A stretch of DNA of 64,000 nt from Octopus sinensis (lineage: Eukaryota): contig NC_043012.1 of the NCBI RefSeq assembly GCF_006345805.1, positions 44,826,001 to 44,890,000 on the forward strand. The letters are read 5' to 3'. Below are positions 38,774-50,515 of the stretch, one piece after another; position 1 is the stretch's first letter, and every line of letters starts with the position of its first letter. Under the pieces are notes generated by a model. It was not told the DNA's origin and searched no databases. It saw only the letters and a program-made list of their open reading frames with translations. Both the position numbers and the translations under genes were made by a program.

Positions 38774-39923
38774 ATGTTTACGTCTGTCAAACACCTTATT
38801 TGTGTCCTAAATCAATGTTTTGGTCTGTTCTTCCTACATTTTATAGAGATTTTAATGACAGATTATTACAAAGTTCTTTCATATTTTCAATAGCATTCCC
38901 TCTATATCATTGTAAATTCTTATATATTTACACGCATGGCTATCCTTTCTATGGGCTTTATACCATAATGCTATTGCCCCTACATCATACTTCATAGGCA
39001 GACAGGGAATGAGATTTCCAGACAGTTGCTTTGCTTGTGATTCACTTCTCCAGTATTAATTCCACAAAATCTGCAACATATTTCCCTTCTGTCTTTTACA
39101 TGCATCTCGTTCCCTTTTGCGTATCAGGTATATTGCTATTTACTGTTCCTGGATTGCAATAGCATATCCTCCATCGTGAGAGCTAATGTAACGGTTGTTG
39201 GTTTAAGGTAACTACTCTGGTTATATATGTTACCTACACTATGAAACAGTCTACCAACAGAGAATGTATTCCTTTCTCCTAATACCCAGGAAGCCTTTCG
39301 TCTGCTGTTCAATTGCAGCGGAACTGCGTCTTTATTCTGTGATCCTTGTCCTTCAACAAAAGAATAAGTTCCTAGGAGCTCCTTTCCAGATCTCTTGATG
39401 CAGATTTGATTCTTTTACGCACATCGAACCTTTATGGTTAGTAGATCCTGTCAAAGGGATTAGATGCGGCATAAAAACTCATATCGAAGCAATCCTAAGT
39501 TCCTGTCTTATTGTTTTCGTTTTAAGCAATTACTTATGGTGCTTAATAGATTTGGGAATCTGTATATTCACACGCTAAGGCCCAATGCGTTACGCTGTCA
39601 CGTGATTAGCTAAAGGAGAGTCGAAGAGCGAGAGAAAAAGAGGGAGAGGAGAAAAAAGGGAGATAAAAGTGTTAATGACGTGAGGTAGGGGGAAAGTAAT
39701 TGTTATTAAGCTAAGACGCTGTCAAGTGGTTAATTCAAGGGAAAAATGAAAGCAAAGAGAAAGAAAGAAAGTGAGAGAGAGAGAGAGTGTGTCAGCGCTG
39801 AGAGTGAAGGGAAAGCTATTGCTATTACGTTGTGCTGATATGTTGAAGAAAAGGGTAGAAAACAGAGAGAGATTATAAACATATTAAGTGCCGGGGTATG
39901 TGGTATAATTGAAGCGATAGGCT

Positions 39924-39982
<59 letters not shown>

Positions 39983-40447
39983 GAGAGAGAGTGAGAGGGA
40001 GTGAGTGAGTGAGAATAAATGAGTGTTGTGACGTACAATAAGCATAGAAGTTTTTTTGATACTGGTTTTAATGTTTCTGTAACTCCAATCCAACGATATA
40101 TCTATGTGGATGGAAGATAGAATGACGGATAGCTAGATATATTGACACATAATTTAATCAAAGTGAAATAACCTTAGCAAATAGCTGTGGGTGTTACTTT
40201 TATATTTTTATGTGTAGAAGGCCAAAGACTGAGGCTATGCTGGAGCACTAATTATTTAGGGTTGTATTTTTTAGTTATTTGGTTTACATGTTTGCATGTA
40301 TATATGTTTGTATGTAACAATTGATGTGGGTATATATAACTACACATTTATGACTGCGTGGACATACATTCATACATACATACATACATACATACATACA
40401 TACATACATACATACATACATACATACATACATACATACATACATAC

Positions 40448-40945
40448 CCACATCATAAGCAGTCATCCGAAAATGTCATCACAGTATTATCTACCGATAA
40501 GACATGATGCTGTCGCGAGGACACTCTATAATGAAATCCGCCGGAAAGATAACTCCCAGCACAAAGAAATACGAACCCACAGTATGGTAGAACCATAGCC
40601 ACTCAATAAAAAGGAGTACTGGTGGAATGTTCCAGTGAATACCCCAATAAAATGTAAGTACAACAGACCAGATGTAATGGTTTGGAACAGAGAAGAGAAA
40701 CTGTGCACAGTTGTGGAGATTAGCTGCCCAGCAGATGTTAACATAAAGCTGAAGATCAGTGAAAAAGAGGATACCTATGCTGAACTATTGGAAAATCTGC
40801 AGTAACTCTATCCAGATTACAAGTTCAGATTTCTCAAAACCAGAAATGAGAAAGCTAATTTCGAATACCACAAATCCAATCCATCACTGGAACTGTAAAA
40901 GTCTGTAAAACTTTCCAGAAGTTTATCATTTAAATATATATGAGC
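40448..40945 (+). mobile_element. 3' end of a second RLE-type (R4/NeSL-like) non-LTR retrotransposon
   Basis: HIISSHPKMSSQYYLPIRHDAVA...EYWWNVP...NRPDVMVW...VEISCP...KISEKEDTY (knuckle plus PD-(D/E)xK nuclease). Begins directly after (CATA)n. Confidence 0.85.
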
Positions 40946-40953
40946 ATGTCTTG

Positions 40954-41352
40954 AGGCGGCAGGCCGGCAGAAACGTTAGCACGCCAGCCGAAATGCTTAT
41001 CGGTATTTCGTCTGCCGCTATGTTCTGAGTTCAAATTCCGCCGAGGTCGACTTTGCCTTTCATCCTTTTGGGGTCGATTAAATAAATATCAGTTACGCAC
41101 TGGGGTCGATATAATCGACTTAATCCTTTTGTCAGTCCTTGTTTGTCCTCTCTGTGTTTAGCCCCTTGTGGGTAATAAAGAAATAGGTATTTTGCCTGTT
41201 TTTACGTTCTGAGTTCAAATTCGTCGAGGTTGACTTTGCCTATTATCCTTTCGGGGTCGATAAATTAAGTACCAGTTGCGTACTGGGATCGATCTAATCA
41301 ATTGGCCCCCTCTTCAAAAATTTCGGTCCTTGTGCCTAAGGTAGAAAAGTAT
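40954..41352 (+). mobile_element. SINE family A dimer (one head, two bodies with different tails)
   Basis: Junction aaagaaata|ggtatttt at 41185/41186. Confidence 0.85.
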
Positions 41353-41476
41353 ATGCATGAGAATGCATACATAAAACAAAACATACAAATCTGCATACAT
41401 ACATACATACATACATACATACATACATACATACATACATACATACATACTACATACATACATACATACATACATA

Positions 41477-41790
41477 CAAACAAACAAAAATACCCTGTTG
41501 TTGATGTTGAAATTCCAATGAAGGAGCCTTGAATCTAGGTTAGAAACTGTCTCTTTCACTGTTGGCAAGAAATCTTGAAATAAAAATGAACATACATACA
41601 TTACATACATACATACATACTACATACATACATACATACATACATACATACATACATACTACATACATACATACAAACAAACAAAAATACCCTGTTGTTG
41701 ATGTTGAAATTCCAATGAAGGAGCCTTGAATCTAGGTTAGAAACTGTCTCTTTCACTGTTGGCAAGAAATCTTGAAATAAAAATGAACAT
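41477..41790 (+). repeat. Tandem duplication (197-bp period) of a retroelement-like 3' tail plus (CATA)n
   Basis: gttgatgttgaaattccaatgaaggagccttgaatctaggttagaa...cttgaaataaaa occurs twice. A related copy is at ~43470-43545. Confidence 0.85.
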
Positions 41791-41920
41791 ACATACATAC
41801 GTATGTACATACATACGTATGTACATACAAAGAACCTCTGCTGATGCTGTTGAAATTCCAATGTTTGTATGTACATTTATATATATATACGTTTAAATAT
41901 TTGTTGTGCAAGATTTTTTA

Positions 41921-41963
<43 letters not shown>

Positions 41964-43346
41964 GCGAGAATGAAGCAACAAGAATGGATAGGTTTTTAGT
42001 ACAATCGTTTCATACAAGGACAGGCTTTATTAAAAGTTGTAAAAATTACAGCATATAAACGTGTCCCGTACTCATCAGCTAAAATACATGTGAGTTCTCT
42101 AGGCATCCTAGTGGTTGAGGCTATACTCATGAAGTAATGTAGATAATTAAGTAACATAAACAGATTTCCAAAGTTCATTAAAGTTCTTTAAAGATGATGT
42201 ACAGTCTTATAAGACTGTACATCATCTATATATACATCATATACATCTATATACATCATATATATATACAGTCTTATAAGACTGTACATCATCTTTAAAG
42301 AACTTTAATGAACTTTGGAAATCTGTTTATGTTACTTAATTATCTACATTACTTCATGAGTATAGCCTCAACCACTAGGATGCCTAGAGAACTCACATGT
42401 ATTTTAGCTGATGAGTACGGGACACGTTTATATGCTGTAATTTTTACAACTTTTAATAAAGCCTGTCCTTGTATGAAACGATTGTACTAAAAACCTATCC
42501 ATTCTTGTTGCTTCATTCTCGCTTATAATCACCCCACATTACTGTATTGTTAAAACAGTATAGTTTTTTTTGGTGCATCTAAGTTAGGTACCATATTCAA
42601 GTAAATTCATTTAAATTAACTTGAATCTTTATTGCTTTTTGTATATATATATATTATATATATATATACGCGAGAATGAAGCAACAAGAATGGATAGGTT
42701 TTTAGTACAATCGTTTCATACAAGGACAGGCTTTATTAAAAGTTGTAAAAATTACAGCATATAAACGTGTCCCGTACTCATCAGCTAAAATACATGTGAG
42801 TTCTCTAGGCATCCTAGTGGTTGAGGCTATACTCATGAAGTAATGTAGATATTAAGTAACATAAACAGATTTCCAAAGTTCATTAAAGTTCTTTAAAGAT
42901 GATGTACAGTCTTATAAGACTGTACATCATCTATATATACATCATATACATCTATATACATCATATATATATACAGTCTTATAAGACTGTACATCATCTT
43001 TAAAGAACTTTAATGAACTTTGGAAATCTGTTTATGTTACTTAATTATCTACATTACTTCATGAGTATAGCCTCAACCACTAGGATGCCTAGAGAACTCA
43101 CATGTATTTTAGCTGATGAGTACGGGACACGTTTATATGCTGTAATTTTTACAACTTTTAATAAAGCCTGTCCTTGTATGAAACGATTGTACTAAAAACC
43201 TATCCATTCTTGTTGCTTCATTCTCGCTTATAATCACCCCACATTACTGTATTGTTAAAACAGTATAGTTTTTTTTGGTGCATCTAAGTTAGGTACCATA
43301 TTCAAGTAAATTCATTTAAATTAACTTGAATCTTTATTGCTTTTTG

Positions 43347-43350
<4 letters not shown>
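41964..43350. repeat. Two tandem copies (~705-bp period) of a 559-bp palindrome
   Basis: Arms 41964-42219 and 42267-42522 (256 bp each, 47-nt spacer), repeated at 42670-43227. The copies are separated by (AT)n. Confidence 0.95.
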
Positions 43351-43378
<28 letters not shown>

Positions 43379-44737
43379 TACATATACATGTATGTTTGTA
43401 TGTGTGTACGAGTGTGACAATTTATGTGGGTATAGGTAACTGCACATTTAGGTAAGACACACATACATCAAGGTACCTTGGATCTAGGTTAAAAACCGGC
43501 TCTTTCTCTACTGGCAAGAAATCTTGAAATAAAACTGAGTAATGACATACATATTTACATACTGTGTATTTATGCATGAATACGTTTGTGTATCTAAATA
43601 GGTATTCATATAAGTTAGTGTACATGCATGTATATGTCTCTATGTAGGTATGCATCTGTGTATTACATTAAAAATTTATCACTAATGGAAAAAATCTGGT
43701 TTTAAGCTTTCCAACCAAAGCTCTTTCGTTGGATTTTAGACAACATATTGTATGTTTGTATGTATGCATGTATGTATGTACGTGCGCACGTATGTATGTA
43801 TATTTGTGTGGGTGGGTGTAATATTCACTCACTCATTTAATCAATCAGTCTTTTCGTCCTGCTTTCAATGTATTTTATAGCATTTTTATCGACCATGCCA
43901 TCGATTTATTTATGTATCTATTTCATATATCCATCTGACTGACCACTTGGCATCTAGGTTTATTTATCTAATTATCTATATATCGATTGGCTGATCGATT
44001 TGTCTGACCGTCTGTTTACTTCTTCTCGTGCTGTCAGCGTAACCTTACCCAATTCAATATGGTGACTGTGGTAAGCGGGCGTACACCATACATATACACG
44101 GAATGTACAAATAAAAGCAATAATAAAGGGTAGCATGCACACACATATAAGGGCACACTCACAGAAATACACAGCATACCTAAACACATATACATACACA
44201 TTGACACGCACGTGCCTTTATAAGAATTAGTACACACGCTATGTATGTTACTAAACTGCATTCATTGTTATTGCTCAACCAAAGAATCAAGTAAACGCCT
44301 ACACCGCACAAACACAGACTCATATATGCGTACATACACTTGAGTACATTAATATATGCGTATATATACTAGAGTACATTACTATGCACTCAAACTGCTG
44401 AAAAATATTCATACACATATTGCATATACGTAAGTAATATGTAAGTAGTATATATATATACACACACATACGCATGTATACATATATGTATATAAATAGA
44501 TACGTATGTATGTATATTTATATATGTAGATATATACATAAATATGAGTATATGCATATATATATGTATGTATATGCATATACATATATATATATATGCA
44601 TATATATATATATATGCATATACGTACATATATATATATACATGCATATACATACATATATATATGCATATATATATATATATGCATATACATATATATA
44701 GATATACATGCATATACATACATACACACATAATTTT

Positions 44738-44779
<42 letters not shown>

Positions 44780-45149
44780 CACACATATGTATGTAGGTAT
44801 TAGATGTGTATGTGTGTTTGAGCGTTTCTATGCGCATAATGTTTGAAGTAAATATAAATAGTAATTATTCCATGTCTCTTAATGAAACTGATACACTCAG
44901 AGTCAGTGAGTGAGTAAAAAGGGAGAAATAGAGATATTCAGAGACTCCTGCACACCTACATGGGACAATGAATAATAACACGTCGTTGTGCTTCTTACAA
45001 AACTATACATGAATAGAAGCATGCGTATGAGGCAATGTGCATGTTTATGTATATATATATATATCTATACATGGACCATAAAATTATGCTACAATGATTG
45101 ACCTTAGTACGGAATTCACATGTCAATACGAGGTACTGCTGATAGATAT

Positions 45150-45985
45150 TTGAGTGGTAACCAGCTTATTTTCTGTAATGAGAGTGCAGAGGATTCGGAA
45201 AGAGTTGGATGAGTTTAATGATGATTACGAAGGTTCGGCCCTTCGGAAAACTAACTCTGATCGTTCTGATGAGGAAAGAACGCCTGGATTTGCCGGTGAG
45301 ATCCAGGCTATGATTGACAACGATCCCTCCAAGTCAATCAGGTCCTCTGCCAGGGACATGGAAGTGTGTGGGTTTCTGATCAGACAGGTAGTGCATGAAG
45401 ACATTCGGTAATCCTCATAAAGATGAGAAAGAGCCAATTTTTATACAAGCTATCAATGAAAACAAGAAAAACCGCGTTACGAAGCTTTTGAACAAATTCA
45501 AACATTCTCTCCAACCGAACATGTTTCGTTTTTTTCCTCAGACGAGAAAAACTTCTGTCAGGATGGTTAACACACAGAACAACCGTTGGCGTGCCGTGTC
45601 CCCAAAACATGTACCTACAATGATAAAAATCAAACGTCCAGTCAACATCATGGTGTTTAGACGTTAACCTCCATTTATTTTCCTACACGGCTTCAGACTC
45701 AACATGGAGGCCTACATCAAGTACCCGGAGGAGGTAGAGCTGCTCAGGACCAAGAGGGTTGCGGCTGGAAGATCCTATGTCTGACAGCAGGACTCTGTAC
45801 TATGTCACACAAGCAGGAGAATCCAGTCATAGTTGTCAGAAAATTTCTGCGACCACACCACCCCTAACATCTGGCCAATTAACTCTTCAGACTGCAGCCC
45901 ACTGATTATTATGTGTTGGGCGCAGTTGAGCAAGAGACCAACGAAACTCCTTGTAACACCAAAGATTAATTGAAGGCAAGGATTA
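45150..45985 (+). mobile_element. Decayed Tc1/mariner transposase, DD37D (maT-like)
   Basis: PSKSIRS, SSDEKNFCQD, PPFIF, QQDSVLCH...WPINSSDCSP(L)DY. I count 37 residues between the second and third Asp after correcting one frameshift. Confidence 0.85.
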
Positions 45986-45994
45986 TGTGTATCG

Positions 45995-46185
45995 TTTATC
46001 TTTTACTTGTTTCAGCCATTAGATTGCAGCAATGAGTCCTTAGTTGTAAGAAGCAGCCCCAGTACTTATTTATTTAAGCCTGGTACTTATTTAATCTGAC
46101 TCTATTGCCGAACCACTAAGTTACAAGGACGTAGACACATCCACACCGATTGCGACACAACAGTGGGGGATAAGCACAAACATAC
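45995..46185 (-). mobile_element. SINE family B 3' fragment
   Basis: cttttacttgtttcagccatt...gccgaaccactaagttac. Confidence 0.65.
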
Positions 46186-46249
46186 ATACACACACACATA
46201 CGCACACGCACGTATACACGTATATTTACGAGGGGCCTATTTCAATGAA

Positions 46250-46546
46250 GTTTCAATTCATTACGGCCGTTTCGAGCGATTCCATTGAGCAATGAAAGCG
46301 TTACATCATTACAAAGAAAACCGTTCTCATCAGATAACCGTATAGACTTCAAGCATAAAGGACAAGTTAGATATTTAGACATATTCATATCATCAATAGA
46401 GTTATGAATAATTTTGAATATCTAACCTGTCCTTTATGCTTGATGTCTATGCGGTCATCTGATGAGAACGGTTTTCTTTGTAATGATGTAATGATTTCAT
46501 TGATCAAGTAAAGGAATTACTCGAATCGGTTGTAACGAATTGAAAC
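46250..46546. mobile_element. ~300-bp imperfect foldback with two outward-facing hammerhead-like motifs
   Basis: Arms 46250-46375 and 46417-46546. Confidence 0.75.
46258..46337 (-). ncRNA. Hammerhead-ribozyme-like motif, type I, intact core
   Basis: TTAT-CTGATGA-GA...TC-GAAA-CGGCCG-TA-ATGA: palindromic stem III (ACGGCCGT), GUA cleavage triplet, 4-bp stem I. A degenerate mirror copy is at 46455-46538 (+). Confidence 0.6.
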
Positions 46547-46824
46547 ATATATCTATGTTACTCATTTATATTTTACTCATCTACCCTGGAATCTGCACTT
46601 CGGAAGTATTTGGAAAGTATATTTATATAAAGTGCATGTCTGAACAAACAAGTGCCATCTGGATACTCTGCATGAATATCGGGTGGAAAAATTCTATGTC
46701 GAATTTGATACTCACCTGATATTGTCTGAGAGTGCAAATAAGTTCGTCCTAACAAGGTGCCTCAATTTAAGTATCTAATTCAACTGAATCTAAATTATAT
46801 ATATATATATATATATTAATCATA

Positions 46825-48950
46825 TAAAAAGCTCCAAGAAAAAAGCACTTTTTTCGGATAAAACCAAGAACTTATATCTGGTAGATAACAGCAAATACAC
46901 ACAACTCTTACACAACAGCATCATTAATAATTATACTAAGGCTAGGGCACAGACATATAACGAAATTAATAAAGAAGCTAGCGTCATCGCCGCTAAACTT
47001 AAATTAGATAAAAAAATAGAAGCCCTCCCCCAAAAAGAGGCCTTTATTACTATTAAAGATCATAAGAAACTTCTTTTCCAACCCTAAATGTAGGCTTATC
47101 AACCCAGCCAAGTCAGAACTTGGGATTATTAGCAAAGAATTTTAGATAAAATAAATACGAAAATTAAGACCGATACTAGGCTAGTACAATGGTCCATAGT
47201 ATATAGAAGTCGTAGAGGGTTTAAAGCTATTAAGAATAAGAAAAAAGCGAGGTTTACACAATTCGATATTGTTGATTTGTATGCCTCTATCTCTAAAGAA
47301 CTGCTAGATAAAGCCCTTATCTTCGCTAGTGACTTCATAGAAATTAGTACCAATGATAAGGACATAATCTTCCATGCTAGAAAGACCTTACTTTCAGTGA
47401 GAACGCAAGTGGGTAAAAAACACACGACACACAGAGGGCGCTTTCGATGTGAGCATGGGTTCATATGATGGGGCAGGCATCTGTGATCTAATTGGACTTT
47501 TTCTCTCTAGATACCTTAGGTAAGACATTCCCTAACGTACATTTCGCCATCTACAAAGATGATGCCCTCGCCTTAACAGCTAATACAAATGGACCACACA
47601 CAAGATCGTTTTAGAGAGGATATTATCCAGTTAATGAAACACTTCGGACTTAGTATAACTATAGATACTAACCTGACGGTTGTCAATTTCTTAGACGTTT
47701 CCTTAGATCTTAATAAGAATATTTATAAGCCTTATAGGAAGCCCAATGATAGACTAAGTTATATTATGTAGGTTCATGCCATCCCCCTATAGTATTCAAA
47801 AATTAGTTAAAAATATTAGTAAGAGGATTTCTAGCCTCTCATCTGATGAGGACATCTTCAATAGCGTTGCCCCAGTTTATAATAAGGCTTTAAAAGATAG
47901 TGGTTTTAGCGATAAAATAAAATATACACCTATCACTAGCCCAACAGTAAGGAAAAGGAATAATAGAAATAGGAAGGTCATCTGGTTTACGCGCCCCCTT
48001 ACTCACCCGAGGTGGCCTTCAATATAGGTAAATATTTCCTAGCACTGATAGATAGACATTTTCCAGTTAACCATACTTTAGGAAACTCTTCAATAGACAC
48101 AATTTAAAAATTAGTTTTAGTTCAACTACCAATTTTAAAAACATAATCAAACATAACATACAAAACACAAGAAGAAAACAGCTGTTCATGCAGGAATAAA
48201 GAATTGTGCCCGCTAAATGGAGCTTGCATGTCCAAGACCATCATATATGAAGCTACCGTAAACTCTATAACCACTAAAGACACCGTTTCGACGAAGAAAT
48301 ACATGGGCCTTACAGAGGGTAATTTCAAGGCCAGGTTCAATAACCACACTTTGAGCTTTAGGCACTGGAACAAAAGAAAAGCGACACAATTATCTAATCA
48401 TATTTGGTCTTTAAGAGATAAAGGTGTCGATTATAACATACAATGGAAGATTTTGGCCAGATGTAAGCCCTATACTAACGGCAGCGGAAGGTGCGGTCTA
48501 TGCGACATGGAGAGATGGCTTATCTGGAAAAGCAGCTTAGACCCTACTACATGTCTAAATACAAGGACAGAGCTTTTCGGATCATGCCCACATGTGACTT
48601 AATTTCTGTTACGTTTTTGGTCCCCTAAAGAAAACAGATAGAACATGCTTTTTATGTTATGTCCCAAGAAGAATTTATATATTTTTATATATTTTTATAT
48701 ATTTTTTATATATATTTTTTATGTTTTTTTTAATGTATTTTTATATAATTTTTACATAATTTTTATGACGAAAAATGCGAGCGATGTATAAGTACGCAGG
48801 CAAGCAGAGTTATAACTGAGTAATTTCCCTTTATTTAACGGTATTTTTTCATAACGTTTTCAATAGCCAGATAACCGAAGAGATGGTGTTGTGGATTTCC
48901 ACTTCGGCATCTGAAACTCAGAGTTTTATCTTGACTACCGAGTAATGTAA
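46825..48950 (+). mobile_element. Penelope-like retroelement (Neptune-type), 5'-truncated: RT + GIY-YIG endonuclease + 3' terminus
   Basis: SDKTKNLY, AFITIKDHK, KCRLINPAKSELG, QFDIVDLYASI, MGSYDGA, IYKDDAL, VNFLDVSLDL, YKPYRKPND, CPLNGACMSKTIIYEA...KYMGLTEGNFKARFNNH...CGLCDME. Broken by several 1-bp frameshifts. Confidence 0.93.
48869..48931 (+). ncRNA. Hammerhead-ribozyme-like motif in the PLE 3' terminus
   Basis: Stem I AGATAA/TTATCT, core CCGAAGA (U4 to C), stem II GATG...CATC, an extra T, GAAA, stem III ACTC-A-GAGT, triplet GUU. Confidence 0.55.
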
Positions 48951-48958
48951 TATATGGT

Positions 48959-49081
<123 letters not shown>

Positions 49082-49218
49082 ATATATATACTATATATAT
49101 ATATATATATATAATATATATATATATAATTATATATAATATATAATATATATATATTATATATATATATATATGTATAGTTATATATATATACTAATAT
49201 ATATATACTATATAGTGA

Positions 49219-49555
49219 AGGCGCATGGCTCAGTGGATAGAGCGTCGAGCTTACGATCGTGAGGTTGTGAGCTTGAATCCCGGACCGGGCTGCGTGTTGT
49301 GTTCTTGAGCAAGGCACTTTATTTCACGTTGCTCCAGTTCTCAGCTGTAGAACTGAGTTGCGACGTCACTCGTGCCAAGCTGTATCGACCTTTGTCTTTC
49401 CCTTGGATAACACTGGTGGCGTGGAGAGGGAGGCTGGTATGCATGGGCGACTGCTGGTCTTCCATAAACAACCTTGCCCGGACTTGTGTCTAGGAGGGTA
49501 ACTTTCTAGGTGCAATCCCATGGTCATTCATGACCGAAGGGGGTCTTTACCCTTT
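49219..49555 (+). mobile_element. tRNA-derived SINE family D, full length
   Basis: ggcgcatggctcagtggatagagcg...cttgaatcccgg tRNA-like head (A and B boxes), ttgtgttcttgagcaaggcactt body and tail ending ctttaccctttt. Confidence 0.85.
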
Positions 49556-49607
<52 letters not shown>

Positions 49608-50073
49608 TATACAATAAACTGAATTAAGCATAATGGCAACTTACAATGACATGAACGGGATAAACAAGTGAACAATGCAGGATAACTGTAAAAGTCGAAT
49701 TCTGACGATAAAATGTGAATAAAATAGAAGTCGCTTACTATAAAAAAGTCAATGCATGAGCGAACAATACTTCCTGTCCTGATGATGAATCTGAGATTAT
49801 TTGGATACATTGATAATGATGAATTTAGGAAGATTATTGTTTCAAACTATCTTAATATCTGCAAGGATATAAAAGATATTTTAGCCGTCATTTTTGCATA
49901 ATGATGACCTAAGAGCGGAAGAAAAAGTATATAAAATAATAAGAAAAAGATATATAACTAAAAATATAAAAGTAAATAGGAGGAAGACAAAGGAAATAAA
50001 GACAGAAAACTATTGCTCATGTCCGGCCGTGACCGAGAAGGAGAGGCAAGAATAGTGAAAGTGAGAGAAATTA

Positions 50074-50515
50074 TTGGGTTGTCTGGAAAGTTCGTGCCGA
50101 TTTTTAAAGGAAAGAAAAAAGAATTAAGGTGGTTTCATGGCAAAGAATTCATCAAGGTATCTTTTTACATCATCCAAGGAATTGAAATTTTTACCATTAA
50201 GACTATTCTGCAGAGACCTGAATAAGTGGAAATCCGAAGGCAATATCCGGTGAATATCCCAACCGAGCTGCAGCAATTTTTGTCTGGTTCCCAAAGCATC
50301 AAGTGCCGCAATATGAACTTTCTTATCTTCCATTTTAAAGGGTTACAGAATTAACACAGGTTATAAGAACATAAACCTTCTTCCACGAGAAGATAGCTTA
50401 AACTGTGCTCTAAATGGAGGTGTAGTCATATCCTATTTTATGGACTCAACCATGTTCTAAAATAAGTCGAAAGGTAAGCTACTATGAATCGGCACGAACT
50501 TTCCGGACAACCCAA
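50074..50515 (-). mobile_element. Internally deleted mariner (Hsmar1/cecropia-like)
   Basis: TIRs ttgggttgtctggaaagttcgtgccgatt / aatcggcacgaactttccggacaacccaa, TA on both sides, and TRQKLLQLGWD...PSDFHLFRSLQNSL on the minus strand. Confidence 0.92.

Noticed and set aside
42405-42430. CTGATGAG inside the 559-bp palindrome as a hammerhead core
   Set aside because: No GAAA follows the short hairpin and no stems I or III form.
41996-43195. Repeated 60-aa ORF MNFGNLFM... on both strands
   Set aside because: A by-product of the palindrome and its tandem duplication, with no recognisable motif.
46640-46790. Possible minus-strand exon ending in CAG/GTGAGT
   Set aside because: An isolated good donor site with no convincing acceptor, partner exons or recognisable peptide.
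47840-47860. CTGATGAG at ~47843 and ~45266
   Set aside because: These are codons within the PLE and Tc1/mariner reading frames (SSDED, RSDEE) with no ribozyme stems.
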